The translations under genes were made by a program, and so were the position numbers. The notes beneath the pieces are model-generated. The model was not told the origin of the DNA. It searched no databases and saw only the letters and a list, made by a program, of their open reading frames with translations. From Bacteroidota bacterium (GTDB lineage: Bacteria; Bacteroidota; Ignavibacteria; Kryptoniales; JAKASW01), in contig JAJYIT010000009.1 in NCBI GenBank assembly GCA_021789975.1, positions 14,557-78,556 on the forward strand: a stretch of 64,000 bases of DNA, read 5' to 3'. Every line of letters starts with the position of its first letter. Within the stretch, counting starts at the first letter, position 1. Below, one piece after another: positions 31,929 through 41,243 of the stretch.

Positions 31929-33077
31929 TTACTTCACGCTCAGCGGTAACTTAGCCTCGCTGATCGCTTCCTCATACAGCCTTTCATAAACCGGTACTAT
32001 CTCGTCAACGTTGAACCTTTCTACCGCACGTTTCCTGGCGTTCTGACTGAACATTTCCCATCTTCGGTCATCCGAGAGCAGTTCAATAGCGTACTTCGCC
32101 ATTCGCTGCACATCGCCGAGCTCTGCGATATAGCCTGTCTCGCCGTGTACCACTAGTTCCGGCAATCCGCCAGTGCTTGAGGAAACGACCGGAACGCTGC
32201 AAGACATTGCCTCGAGGGCTGAGAGGCCAAAACTCTCAGACTGGCTCGGCATAAGCATGAGATCAGAGGCAGAGAGAATCTCCGGAAGATGAGTCTGCTT
32301 GCCTAAAAATCTTACCTCCTCCTGCAAACCAAGCTCTCTTGCGAGTCTTTCGGACTCGGTCCTGTCGGGACCGTCACCAGCCAGTATGAGTTTGCTGGGA
32401 ATAGATTTCCTCACAATTTCGAATACCCTGATCACGTCGGGCACCCGTTTGACAGCCCTAAAGTTCGAAACGTGAACGATTATCTTTTCACCATTTGATG
32501 CGATCCGTTTTCTAAATGGCAGGTTCTCCTTCCGGACGTATAGCTCCGTGTCGACAAAGTTGGGAATAACCTGGATCTCCCTTTCGATGTTGTACATCGT
32601 ATAAGTTTTCATTTGAAGAAATCTTGAGACAGAGGTCACGTAGTCGCTTTGCTCAATAGAAAACTTGACAAGGGGAAGGAAGCTCGGCTCCAGGCCGACG
32701 AGAGTTACGTCAGTACCATGGAGCGTTGTGATCACTTTCAGCTCTTTCGTTGGAGCGAGAATTTGTTTGGCGATCAAAGCACTGGTCGCATGCGGGATGG
32801 CGTAGTGTACGTGAAGTATGTCCAGGTCGTGGTACTTCGCGACGTCCACCATTTTGCTTGCAAGCGAATCCGTATAGAGTGGGAAATCGAAGAGAGGATA
32901 CTGCGACATCTCAACTTCGTGGTAGAAGATATCTCCTGCCATACTGTCGAGCCTGGCGGGAAGAGCATAACTAATAAAATGGACCTGGTGACCGCGCTTT
33001 GCGAGCGCCTTCCCGAGTTCAGTTGCAACTACACCGCTCCCGCCATATGTGGGATAACATGTGATTCCGATTTTCAA
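31929..33077 (-). CDS. bshA: GT4 glycosyltransferase, BshA-like (N-acetyl-alpha-D-glucosaminyl L-malate synthase)
   Basis: N-terminus MKIGITCYPTYGGSGVVATELGKALAKRGHQVHFISY is characteristic of BshA. GT4 C-terminal motif ESFGLSALEAMSCSVPVV. TTG start with AGGAG 7 nt upstream. Confidence 0.75.
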   Translation of the reverse strand: MKIGITCYPTYGGSGVVATELGKALAKRGHQVHFISYALPARLDSMAGDIFYHEVEMSQYPLFDFPLYTDSLASKMVDVAKYHDLDILHVHYAIPHATSALIAKQILAPTKELKVITTLHGTDVTLVGLEPSFLPLVKFSIEQSDYVTSVSRFLQMKTYTMYNIEREIQVIPNFVDTELYVRKENLPFRKRIASNGEKIIVHVSNFRAVKRVPDVIRVFEIVRKSIPSKLILAGDGPDRTESERLARELGLQEEVRFLGKQTHLPEILSASDLMLMPSQSESFGLSALEAMSCSVPVVSSSTGGLPELVVHGETGYIAELGDVQRMAKYAIELLSDDRRWEMFSQNARKRAVERFNVDEIVPVYERLYEEAISEAKLPLSVK

Positions 33078-33567
33078 TTGTTTTCTCCTGAAGAAAGTTA
33101 ACCGACTTTACCTGTGTAAACAACGTTGAACCTGAATCCATTCCCATTCGGCATGGAAGGCAGGTTCGAACAACTGAAAGCGACGCGCGATGCTTTCCTC
33201 GTATCAGCGACCAGGAAGTGGCAGGCGTCTCCCGTCTTCTCCAACAGGGGTCTTGTCCTTAGTCATCACAGTAGAAATCTAGTACCTCTTCAGGATTGAC
33301 TCCCCCGCGTGTGGTTGCTAACTTGCAATCAAGAGATGCGTTTCGTCAAGAACTCAATTGCGGAAGTGAACCTGGATTTCGCTGTCCATAAGCAGTCTGG
33401 TGGCTCGGCACGGTTCGAAGATGTCTTCTGAAAAACTCTTGTGGACTCTTTCCCGCAAAAACCGCATACTTCTATCGCTGAACCTAAATTCGAGCACGTG
33501 TGGAAGTATATGTTCATCCTACCTGAAAAGCAGGACTCTGCAACCCAACGAAATTAGAAGGAGATTT

Positions 33568-36342
33568 ATGTCTCGATTCTCACGCGAGGTAGCCAGGATT
33601 TCAAAGGCTCGCATCCTTTCAGCTATCCTGGTTCTCACGACAGCCTCTATTTGTGTTGCCAGATCAGAAGAGTCGAAGAACACTTTTGGTCGAGATTATC
33701 AATTGTCCAACGGAGTAGTCACTTTGAGAGTCGCGGTCGACTCCGGCAAAATAGGAGCCGAGAGACTGGCTTTGGCTTTGCCTTGGGCATCAGCAGTAGG
33801 CGGACTTCTGGCGGCGGTCGAGACCGATGGCAATTTCAGAATAAATGTGTTCTGGACCGATTGGAGCGCACCCGGAAAAGTCAACAATGCCGATAACGCG
33901 GTGGCATTCACCAGAAGAGACTTCTTGTTTTCCAGGAGCGAAACCAGTCATACCGGTCACGGCGGAAAGGAGCTTGATCTCTACTTCAATGGTGTTGATC
34001 TGCCGTTTCAACTCGAGGTCAGCTATAGGATTGATTCTGGGGCGTTCTATGTTCACCGAAGGATTTCGATACGAGATACGGTAACGGGTCTCCATTATCT
34101 TCGACGGATTTGGTGTCTGGATGCAGAACTGAAGGGTGTATATCAATCGGTCAAGCGAGGCGGATTTGGGCAGCCAATTGCTTTCATGGATAAAGATGGT
34201 GGAAGTAGCTTCTGGGGATTAGAGTATCCTGCTGGCGAGAATGTGGTTCGCACGAGTAAAGGAAGGGTTACGGTCAAGTGTGGTGAAGTCTTTGGCAAGC
34301 GCATCAAGCGAGCGTGGACCAGGAGTCATTGGGTTGTGGAAGGCCTGGCGCCTGACAAGTATGTTAAGCTTTGGTTCATGAGGTACGTTCGCAGGATTAG
34401 AGTGGCACCTGCAGAGCCATACACGCTTTACAATACCTGGTATGACCTTCGGTCGCCACGCTTTCATGGCTTAGGGCAGGATCATATCATGAACCAGACC
34501 AATATCGTGGGAATCATCGACGCATTACGAAAGAACATGATTGAGAAACACGGCATAAGACTCAATGCATTTGTACTTGACGATGGATGGGATAAATATG
34601 AAAGCGACTGGAAGCTGAGGCGATCCACTTTCCCTAACGGGCTCAAGCCGATAGTAGACGATCTGAAGAAGACTAATACAACACTTGGTCTCTGGCTCGG
34701 GCCTATTGGCGGCTATTCATTTCGGAACCTGAGGGTCGATTGGATGAAGGCTCACGGATACGAGACCGTTGGAGATGAGTTATGTCTCGGAGGGAAAAAC
34801 TACAGCCAAATGTTCAAGAGAAGGGTCGTTGACTTTGCAAAGGACGACGGCGTCGGATACTACAAGTGGGACGGGATCCAATTTTCCTGCAGCCAGCCTG
34901 GTCACGGTCATCCGGTAGGCATATATTCGAGGGACGCAATACTCGACACTCTCATCAACATTTGCAGGGCGGTCCGTGCAGTCAATCCGAAAGCGTATCT
35001 CAACATTACTTCCGGTACCTGGCTGAGTCCATGGTGGGTGAAATACGCTAACCAGATTTGGATGCAGGGAGGAGATTATGGCTACGCCGACGTGCCATCA
35101 ATCAGCCCGCGTGATGCTGCAATGACCTATCGAGACCTTGTCCTATATGATGATTTTAGGAAATATGATTTATGGTTTCCGATCGCTAACCTGATGACGC
35201 ACGGAATAATCAAGGGATCCCTGGAACAGTTGGGCGGAGTAAACGAGCCTCTCGACCGTTTCACGAATGAAGCCGTACTTTACTTTGCCCGCGGGGTTTC
35301 GATGTGGGAGCTCTACGTGTCACCAGGCATACTGACAAAGGGTGAATGGATTGCCATATCAAAATCCATCCTTTGGGCGAGGAACAGATTCCCGATCCTA
35401 TCCAACACAGAAATGATTGGCGGAGATCCGGGGAAGAGAGACGCATACGGCTATGTACATTTCAAGGGCAGCCAGGGAATAGTGGCCGCAAGAAACCCGT
35501 GGGTAGAACCGACGGAGCTGGAAGTGACATTGTCTCCGTCTCTCGGGTTCTCCGCTTCCGCCAGATCATTGGTTGTCGAGCGGGTTTATCCGGATCGTTG
35601 GATCTCTCCAAGACTTTATTCGACCGGTGATAGTTTCAGAATACCTTTGGGGGGGTATGAAACATCTGTATATGAGATTTTTCCTCTTGATAGCGCTAGG
35701 CAACCTCTCCTCACGGATGTCAGTTTTGAGACGACGAAGGATAACGCCGAACAATATGCGGTTGACGTATACGGCGTTGGAAAAGATGTCAAGTTATTGA
35801 ATCCGTCATTAGTTAAGCCGGGGTGGAAACCCGCCGGGTGGGTCCGTGAACTCTCAAGCGTGACTCCTTCCCATCCGCCAGTTTCATTGACGAGCAGCGT
35901 CACGACGAACGGGAGAAAGAATCAAGGCTTTAAATTCAAGATAAGCGTCGACAAATCTGTTAAAGATGCCACTATTGATTTGCTGTTAGAGCCCTCGGCG
36001 AAATCTGAGATGATCCCAGTCCCCGATGTTAAAATAGCTTTGAATGGCGTACCAAGCTCGGTTCCGCCGCTGAAGTCAGATTCTCGATCAAAATGGTACA
36101 GCCTGGAAATTCGGCCAAAGGAGCAAACTGTCACCGTTACGTTCAGGAATGCGAAGAGCGATACGCGCTGGAGTGGAAAGGTTTCTGTCTGGGTAGCGTA
36201 CAAGCGATTGCAGCGAGATCTTAAAGTCGCTTTCGATCTTAGACACGGAATGAAGGAAGTGCCGATGCCACCCAGGCTATTGCCGCCAAACGAGACGGAG
36301 TCTTTTGTAAAAATAGTAGGTCGGAGACTGGATCTGGAATAA
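33568..36342 (+). CDS. Secreted glycoside hydrolase-like protein, clan GH-D (GH36/GH27 alpha-galactosidase-like) core with a long C-terminal extension
   Basis: ATG 33568 is preceded by AAGGAG. Signal-like ILSAILVLTTASICVA. FVLDDGWD and YYKWDG resemble the GH36 DDGW and KWD motifs. The track ORF begins earlier, at 33400. Confidence 0.5.
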   Translation: MSRFSREVARISKARILSAILVLTTASICVARSEESKNTFGRDYQLSNGVVTLRVAVDSGKIGAERLALALPWASAVGGLLAAVETDGNFRINVFWTDWSAPGKVNNADNAVAFTRRDFLFSRSETSHTGHGGKELDLYFNGVDLPFQLEVSYRIDSGAFYVHRRISIRDTVTGLHYLRRIWCLDAELKGVYQSVKRGGFGQPIAFMDKDGGSSFWGLEYPAGENVVRTSKGRVTVKCGEVFGKRIKRAWTRSHWVVEGLAPDKYVKLWFMRYVRRIRVAPAEPYTLYNTWYDLRSPRFHGLGQDHIMNQTNIVGIIDALRKNMIEKHGIRLNAFVLDDGWDKYESDWKLRRSTFPNGLKPIVDDLKKTNTTLGLWLGPIGGYSFRNLRVDWMKAHGYETVGDELCLGGKNYSQMFKRRVVDFAKDDGVGYYKWDGIQFSCSQPGHGHPVGIYSRDAILDTLINICRAVRAVNPKAYLNITSGTWLSPWWVKYANQIWMQGGDYGYADVPSISPRDAAMTYRDLVLYDDFRKYDLWFPIANLMTHGIIKGSLEQLGGVNEPLDRFTNEAVLYFARGVSMWELYVSPGILTKGEWIAISKSILWARNRFPILSNTEMIGGDPGKRDAYGYVHFKGSQGIVAARNPWVEPTELEVTLSPSLGFSASARSLVVERVYPDRWISPRLYSTGDSFRIPLGGYETSVYEIFPLDSARQPLLTDVSFETTKDNAEQYAVDVYGVGKDVKLLNPSLVKPGWKPAGWVRELSSVTPSHPPVSLTSSVTTNGRKNQGFKFKISVDKSVKDATIDLLLEPSAKSEMIPVPDVKIALNGVPSSVPPLKSDSRSKWYSLEIRPKEQTVTVTFRNAKSDTRWSGKVSVWVAYKRLQRDLKVAFDLRHGMKEVPMPPRLLPPNETESFVKIVGRRLDLE

Positions 36343-36385
36343 GACAGTCAAGGCTCGACAGTTCTACTGAAGTTGATTTGGCGAA

Positions 36386-36410
36386 GCTTGCGACGGCAAG
36401 CCCACTTTTG
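36386..36410 (+). terminator. Weak stem-loop, possible terminator after the GH36-like gene
   Basis: GCTTGC (36386-36391) pairs with GCAAGC (36396-36401) around a 4-nt loop, followed by CCACTTTTG. The stem is short. Confidence 0.3.
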
Positions 36411-36449
36411 AAAATGAAAATGTTGACACGATGACTATCGAGTGTTCTG

Positions 36450-37634
36450 CTCGGGGCTGATTTGGATCTCGATTTCCACTCGCAGCATGGTTGATATTGT
36501 CGCCTATTTTAATCCTGTGACTCGTCTATTCAGGTTGCGATGCCGCGATGGCATAGGACGGCGGAGGCAGATAACAATGCCCGTCGTCTTTTCTTGCGAG
36601 GTTGGCGAGTGTAAGCCATCAGCCTCCGGGATAGCGGAGGGAATCTCGACTGAATGGATAAAAGCACATCTTGTTCCGATTCGTGAGGGAGAACCAGAAT
36701 CCTTGTGGCTCTTACCGATGGGGCGATAGCGAGTTGCATTCTCCCTATCTATACAGTCTTGAGGAAGGGTACCGGTGTGATGTGGTACTGGCGAGGGGAT
36801 ATCTTTTCTGATAGTGAGCCAAAATGGGCGGAAGTTGATGTGAAACGGGTTAGAACAAAACGACGTCGCCGGTTTAGAGAGGAGACGTGCCGCTCAATTA
36901 TTGTATATGGGAATGCAGGATGGAGCAAGGCGCTCACTCGTTTGCTTCATGGCATTCGTCATTTGGAAAACATTCGGTCGCATGTGCAGGAACGCCGGTA
37001 TAGGTGACGAACCAAGAAAACTCATCCAGATGCTCAAGGCAATGACGCGCGTCGATATCATCCCGCCGACAGGGAAAGGGATCGACACCGGATTACAATG
37101 CGTGCCAAAACCCGGCAAAGACTTCGCGTGGATGTTCCAGAAACTACAAATTGTCCCACCCGACCGACTCACGTCAGCCAGAGGCATTATCTTTGACGCA
37201 AAGGGTTACCAATTGTAGTGCCGACTTTTGCCTGCTTTCCCTCGGCTCCGCACGGAATCGCGATTTTCAATCGAGAACTGTCGAACTTGGGTTAGAACGA
37301 CTCGCGAAACACCGGTGCTCGGGTACTTTCTAATTGCTGTATCGAGCCCTTGTACATATACCTCCTCGCCTGAAAAGAAACCGTCACGTTCAGGCTCATG
37401 AACCCCTTTTGTCAGGTCGAAGCCTCCGATCCCGTTTGTGTGAATTTCAATGAACTCCGGAAGTATGTATTTTCCCGCCGCGTCGATTATACTGGAAGGA
37501 TCACCGGCAGAAATATTTGAGTCGATGCTTGAGATAGCTTGCCCGCTGGCCTCAATATCCGCTACCCTCAATCCATCTGGGAGAAGAACTGAACAATTTT
37601 TTGTCAGAAACTTTCTGTGCATTGTTTTGTCCAC
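36450..37634 (-). pseudogene. nagA: Degraded N-acetylglucosamine-6-phosphate deacetylase (nagA) relic
   Basis: The 142-aa ORF 37206..37634 matches the NagA N-terminus (ILPEFIEIHTNGIGGFD, then TGVSRVVLTQ) and then stops. Later NagA landmarks appear in order but in other minus-strand frames. NIHAKSLPGFGTHCNP stands in for HLEGPF..KGAH, and FQMTNAM stands in for THLYNAM. The GH(S/T) block is missing. The left boundary is approximate. Confidence 0.55.
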
Positions 37635-37650
37635 TATGAAATTAGAATGA

Positions 37651-38919
37651 CTATAATTGCTCTAATAACTCTATTATCAAAATCATGTCCCTCAGAATGT
37701 GGTACGGGTCCTTCACCGGGAGCGCGACAACTTTGTTTATCGGTTTGCCTTTCCTGTCTCTTATCTGTACCCATTCTCCGGTGTTGTTATGATTATCAGG
37801 GAAAGTATTGAACGCATATTCATGTGCCCTATTGTAGAGTGATAGAAACTCATTGTCCCCGGTAAGGCTATACGAAAGGAGCGTGGCATACAACATTTCG
37901 GAATGTGGCCACCAAAGCTTGGTGTCCCACGTGTCCAGTATCAGCGTTTCGTACACATCTCCAGTTCTTTCACCTTGAGGCTGCCCGCCTGTCACGTCCA
38001 CAAATCTAAAGAGGCCGCCGAATTCACTATCCCAGCCGATTTTTATGGCCCACTTCACAGCCCCTCTTGCCTTCTCAATGTACTCGACCCTGTCCTTTCT
38101 TTTCGCGAGCTCCATTACAAACCACATATCTTCTATTGCATGGCCCGGATTAACGTGCCGGCATAAGACGTTATTGAGAATGACACCATCCGGACCTATG
38201 GTCTCAATTATTCTTCCTTGATCGTCGTCGTAGAAAACTTCCATTATTTCATCCATGTAGCGACAGCTTTCACTTTCCACATCCTTCGCTCTTTTGTCGT
38301 CCAGAGTCTCAAGCGTCAGTGCAAGTTCTTCACCTACATTTAGCATTATCATGGGAACAGAATGAAACTTATAGCCATTCGGAATGGGGTAGGGCTCGCT
38401 GCGCAGTTGACATTGATCAACTCGTTTATTAATTCGCCTGTAGGTTTGAAGTGCGAGATCCAAGTAATGTCTGTCTTTGAACGCTCTTGCATATGCTGAG
38501 AATCCAAGTGCAACAAAACAGTCCGCATAAAAACTGGTGTCGAATCCCTTCCCAGGGATGCTTTCTATCCAGTTGCCATTTCCATTCGTCAGGTAGACAC
38601 AGTTGCCATTTTGCATGAACACATGGTCCTCGAGAAAACGGACTGTCCTAGCAAGGTCCTCTCCGATAGTCTTCATATCAAGGGATAGGACCCCTCTTTT
38701 GCTGAGCTCGTAAAGTCTGCTCCAGATCCACACGAATCTTCCCTGGGACCATGTGTATTTGTCCCTACTTACGAGGGTGGTCCCCGCGTTGTTGAAGCAG
38801 TTGAATATGCCTCCGTTCTGTCTATCTACGGCGCTGTTCCAGAATCTGAAGAAACTGTTTTCAATCTGGTCCGTGTAGAATTGCAGAAGATGAGCCTTGT
38901 CTATTCCTCTATCGAACAA
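37651..38919 (-). CDS. AGE-family (N-acylglucosamine 2-epimerase-like) epimerase/isomerase
   Basis: 422 aa with FWNSAVDRQNGGIFNCF and YTWSQGRFVWIWSRLYEL, typical of the (alpha/alpha)6 AGE superfamily. The specific substrate cannot be called. Confidence 0.75.
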   Translation of the reverse strand: MFDRGIDKAHLLQFYTDQIENSFFRFWNSAVDRQNGGIFNCFNNAGTTLVSRDKYTWSQGRFVWIWSRLYELSKRGVLSLDMKTIGEDLARTVRFLEDHVFMQNGNCVYLTNGNGNWIESIPGKGFDTSFYADCFVALGFSAYARAFKDRHYLDLALQTYRRINKRVDQCQLRSEPYPIPNGYKFHSVPMIMLNVGEELALTLETLDDKRAKDVESESCRYMDEIMEVFYDDDQGRIIETIGPDGVILNNVLCRHVNPGHAIEDMWFVMELAKRKDRVEYIEKARGAVKWAIKIGWDSEFGGLFRFVDVTGGQPQGERTGDVYETLILDTWDTKLWWPHSEMLYATLLSYSLTGDNEFLSLYNRAHEYAFNTFPDNHNNTGEWVQIRDRKGKPINKVVALPVKDPYHILRDMILIIELLEQL

Positions 38920-40480
38920 GCTGGTTACCTCCGGATGAACTACCTTCTTTCAGTGTCTCTTCAATGACACTTGAGTTAGCGGCGATTATCACCGGTTCAC
39001 TTCCAACATTTGATGACGATAGCTGACCTAGCATGTGCTCAACTATTTCAGGAACCGTCCCATTTCTGTTAGCAAATCCCATCCCGAGGAATACGGACAC
39101 CGATAAGACGGTGGGCAATGCCAGTATCATGGCCTGGCTTATTCCATGCCCGACCGTTTTCATGACAAAGAAAGTCGAGATACCGGTGACAATGGAGGCA
39201 ATCGCGGCTTTGGAATCGCTGTGCTTGAAACTCGGCACCAGGCCCAGGATCATTGGAACAGCCGTCGGACCTACCAATGCTCCGAACCAGATTATTATCA
39301 AACCTATCACGCCGCCGAAGTCCTTGTAAAAAGAAGTGACAATTAGAGTCATGAAAACGAATGTAAATGTCGTGAGCCTTGCGAGTCGTAGTTCTTTCTC
39401 TGGATGCATTTTCATGAACCTCTTTGAGAGGAAGGGAATTATGTCCTTTGTTATGACAGCAGATATAGTGTTGGCATCCGAAGTGACCATCGAAAGCGTA
39501 GCGGAAAAAATTCCTGCGAGAACTAGTCCCACCAGACCTTCTGGAAGGAATCTTCTCACCATTAATGCATATGAATCTGTTGGATCGGCAAGATGCGGCA
39601 TGAACAATGGAGCGGCCCACATCGGGAAAAAGAGGATCAACGGCCAAATCAGGTACAATGCGCCGGAGAGAAGTCCTGATTTTTTGGCACTCGTTGCGTT
39701 CGGTGAAGCAATGTATCTCGTTGCTAGGCTCCAGGTACCTCCATTATAGCTGAACGATGACATGAGAAGGAAAGCGAGGGCAAAGGCGAATGTATAAGGG
39801 CCATTGAAGAGATTAGCATGGCCCTTCGGGAGACGGTGCCACATTCCCAAAATGTTTCCTGGTCCGCCCAATTTCTTAACTACCGTTATGAACATCACAA
39901 TGCCTGCAACGATCTGGATAAGGAACTGCACAAAATCAGTATACAGATCTGCCCACAGCCCTCCGACCGTTGTGTACACAAGTGCAATCGCTGCGGCCAC
40001 CACTGCTCCGGCTATAACAGGCATGCCGGTGAAGACGTTGAGCAGAATTCCAATTGAAGCCCATTTAGCGGCCACATCAAACAATTTCAGGAGCGTGCCG
40101 CTGAAGGCTGTCATAAGTTGCGTCGACGCGCTATACCTTGATTGCAGATATTCTGTAGGCGATCCGATGTCCAGGTTCTGTCTCAGCTTCGACCATTTCG
40201 GTGCAATTAGATAGGCACCGACAATAACTGCAATCGTGATTGCGAGAGCCCACCAGACATAAATCGTTAACCCATATGAATAAGCAACACCTGCATATGC
40301 GACAAATACGACTCCACTGTACCCCGATACATGATGCGAAATCCCGGCTAACCACCACGGTACTTTTCCGCCCGCAACGAAGAAGTCTTTGGAGTTCTTC
40401 ACCTTTCTTGAAGAACAGAATCCGATTAGCACCATTAGCATGAAGAAGACCCCAATGACGGCATAATCTAACGGTTTCAT
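38909..40480 (-). CDS. Sodium:solute symporter (SSS) family transporter
   Basis: 523 aa, roughly 13 TM helices. N-terminal FFVAGGKVPWWLAGISHHVSGYSGVVFVAYAG pattern. 11-nt overlap with the AGE gene. Confidence 0.8.
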   Translation of the reverse strand: MKPLDYAVIGVFFMLMVLIGFCSSRKVKNSKDFFVAGGKVPWWLAGISHHVSGYSGVVFVAYAGVAYSYGLTIYVWWALAITIAVIVGAYLIAPKWSKLRQNLDIGSPTEYLQSRYSASTQLMTAFSGTLLKLFDVAAKWASIGILLNVFTGMPVIAGAVVAAAIALVYTTVGGLWADLYTDFVQFLIQIVAGIVMFITVVKKLGGPGNILGMWHRLPKGHANLFNGPYTFAFALAFLLMSSFSYNGGTWSLATRYIASPNATSAKKSGLLSGALYLIWPLILFFPMWAAPLFMPHLADPTDSYALMVRRFLPEGLVGLVLAGIFSATLSMVTSDANTISAVITKDIIPFLSKRFMKMHPEKELRLARLTTFTFVFMTLIVTSFYKDFGGVIGLIIIWFGALVGPTAVPMILGLVPSFKHSDSKAAIASIVTGISTFFVMKTVGHGISQAMILALPTVLSVSVFLGMGFANRNGTVPEIVEHMLGQLSSSNVGSEPVIIAANSSVIEETLKEGSSSGGNQLVR

Positions 40481-40515
40481 CTTCGTGCTGCTATTGTTTG
40501 GCTAGTTGCGGACAT

Positions 40516-40998
40516 TCACTCAAACTCTAGTTCTCCGAAGTAATTCGGAAAATGAAGATTGGGTAGAGGTGATCTTATAGGCGCCCAACTCAGCCAGTTG
40601 GGGTCTGAGTTGTTCTCTGCGGATTTGTAAAAGTCAGCTCTCCACTTGCATCCTGAACGAGGCGGAGTGACTGCGGAGTAATTGTGCAATATCTCAAATG
40701 GAAGTGCGATCTCAATTATCCATGTTAGCGGCTCAGTGGCATCGGGTGGGAAGAAGAATTCGACGGATGCGTCCTTATATACTTGACTATTAAAATCTCT
40801 CATGAGGCATGGGACGAACTGGTCCCTTACTTGGTAGATCAGGTAGATAATATCATCATCGTGACTTGGCTTGACTGTAGCGCGCGGCTTGAACTCCATG
40901 GCCCAGTCTTTACTCTTTGCTATCTTTAACGATTGTGCCAGTGCCGATCCTTCTTATGTCCAGTTGCAGTCAATCGGCAATCGGCGGTTAGTCTTCAT
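40516..40998 (-). pseudogene. Carbohydrate-binding family 9-like (DOMON-like) gene interrupted by an in-frame TAA
   Basis: The C-terminal pattern CKWRADFYKS...WLSWAPI...HFPNYFGELEF is typical of CBM9-like proteins. The same minus-strand frame continues upstream as MKTNRRLPIDCNWT-TAA-EGSALAQSLKIAKSKDWAMEFKPR, with the stop at 40954-40956. The protein also looks ~50 aa shorter than usual. Confidence 0.45.
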
Positions 40999-41158
40999 AA
41001 GTTTGCAAATGTACCGGACGGCTTCAGACTCATGTTGTTCAGACAATTTCAAACTTGCATCTCTCCTTGCTCGGTAGCGGGCATAGATGATCACGGGAGG
41101 CTTTTTGGAGAATAGACGTGACCTATCCATATTTATTTGACCGCCTAAAATTATCTTC

Positions 41159-41187
41159 TTGACATCTCCCTATCAAGTGAATATATT
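41159..41187 (+). promoter_or_regulatory. Near-consensus sigma70-type promoter upstream of the ROK regulator
   Basis: TTGACA (41159-41164), a 17-nt spacer, then TATATT (41182-41187), lying 57 nt upstream of the GTG start at 41244. Confidence 0.55.
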
Positions 41188-41213
41188 ATCACGCGGTCTG
41201 AAATATTGGCTCC

Positions 41214-41229
41214 ATAACTGGTTAGTTAT
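41214..41229. promoter_or_regulatory. Inverted repeat ATAACT-N4-AGTTAT, candidate operator
   Basis: A perfect 6+6 inverted repeat lies between the putative -10 element and the ROK start codon. Confidence 0.3.
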
Positions 41230-41243
41230 TCAGAAGGGTAATT

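Noticed and set aside
33078-33567. A 490-bp divergent intergenic region between bshA and the GH36-like gene, containing a 62-aa ORF (33329..33517) and the 5' extension of the track ORF (33400).
   Set aside because: The extension lacks a signal peptide and an RBS, whereas ATG 33568 has AAGGAG and a signal sequence. I found no convincing RNA motif or repeat there.
36442-37333. Plus-strand ORFs of 60-105 aa (36442..36729, 36705..37007, 36901..37218, 37151..37333).
   Set aside because: They lie opposite the nagA relic and have no motifs or ribosome-binding sites. The minus-strand frames explain them better, since those frames carry ordered NagA remnants.
39069-39647. A 192-aa minus-strand ORF in an alternative frame, plus several plus-strand ORFs within 39033..40443.
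   Set aside because: They lie inside the SSS symporter gene, whose frame encodes a coherent multi-TM transporter. The alternatives are Arg/His/Cys-rich nonsense.
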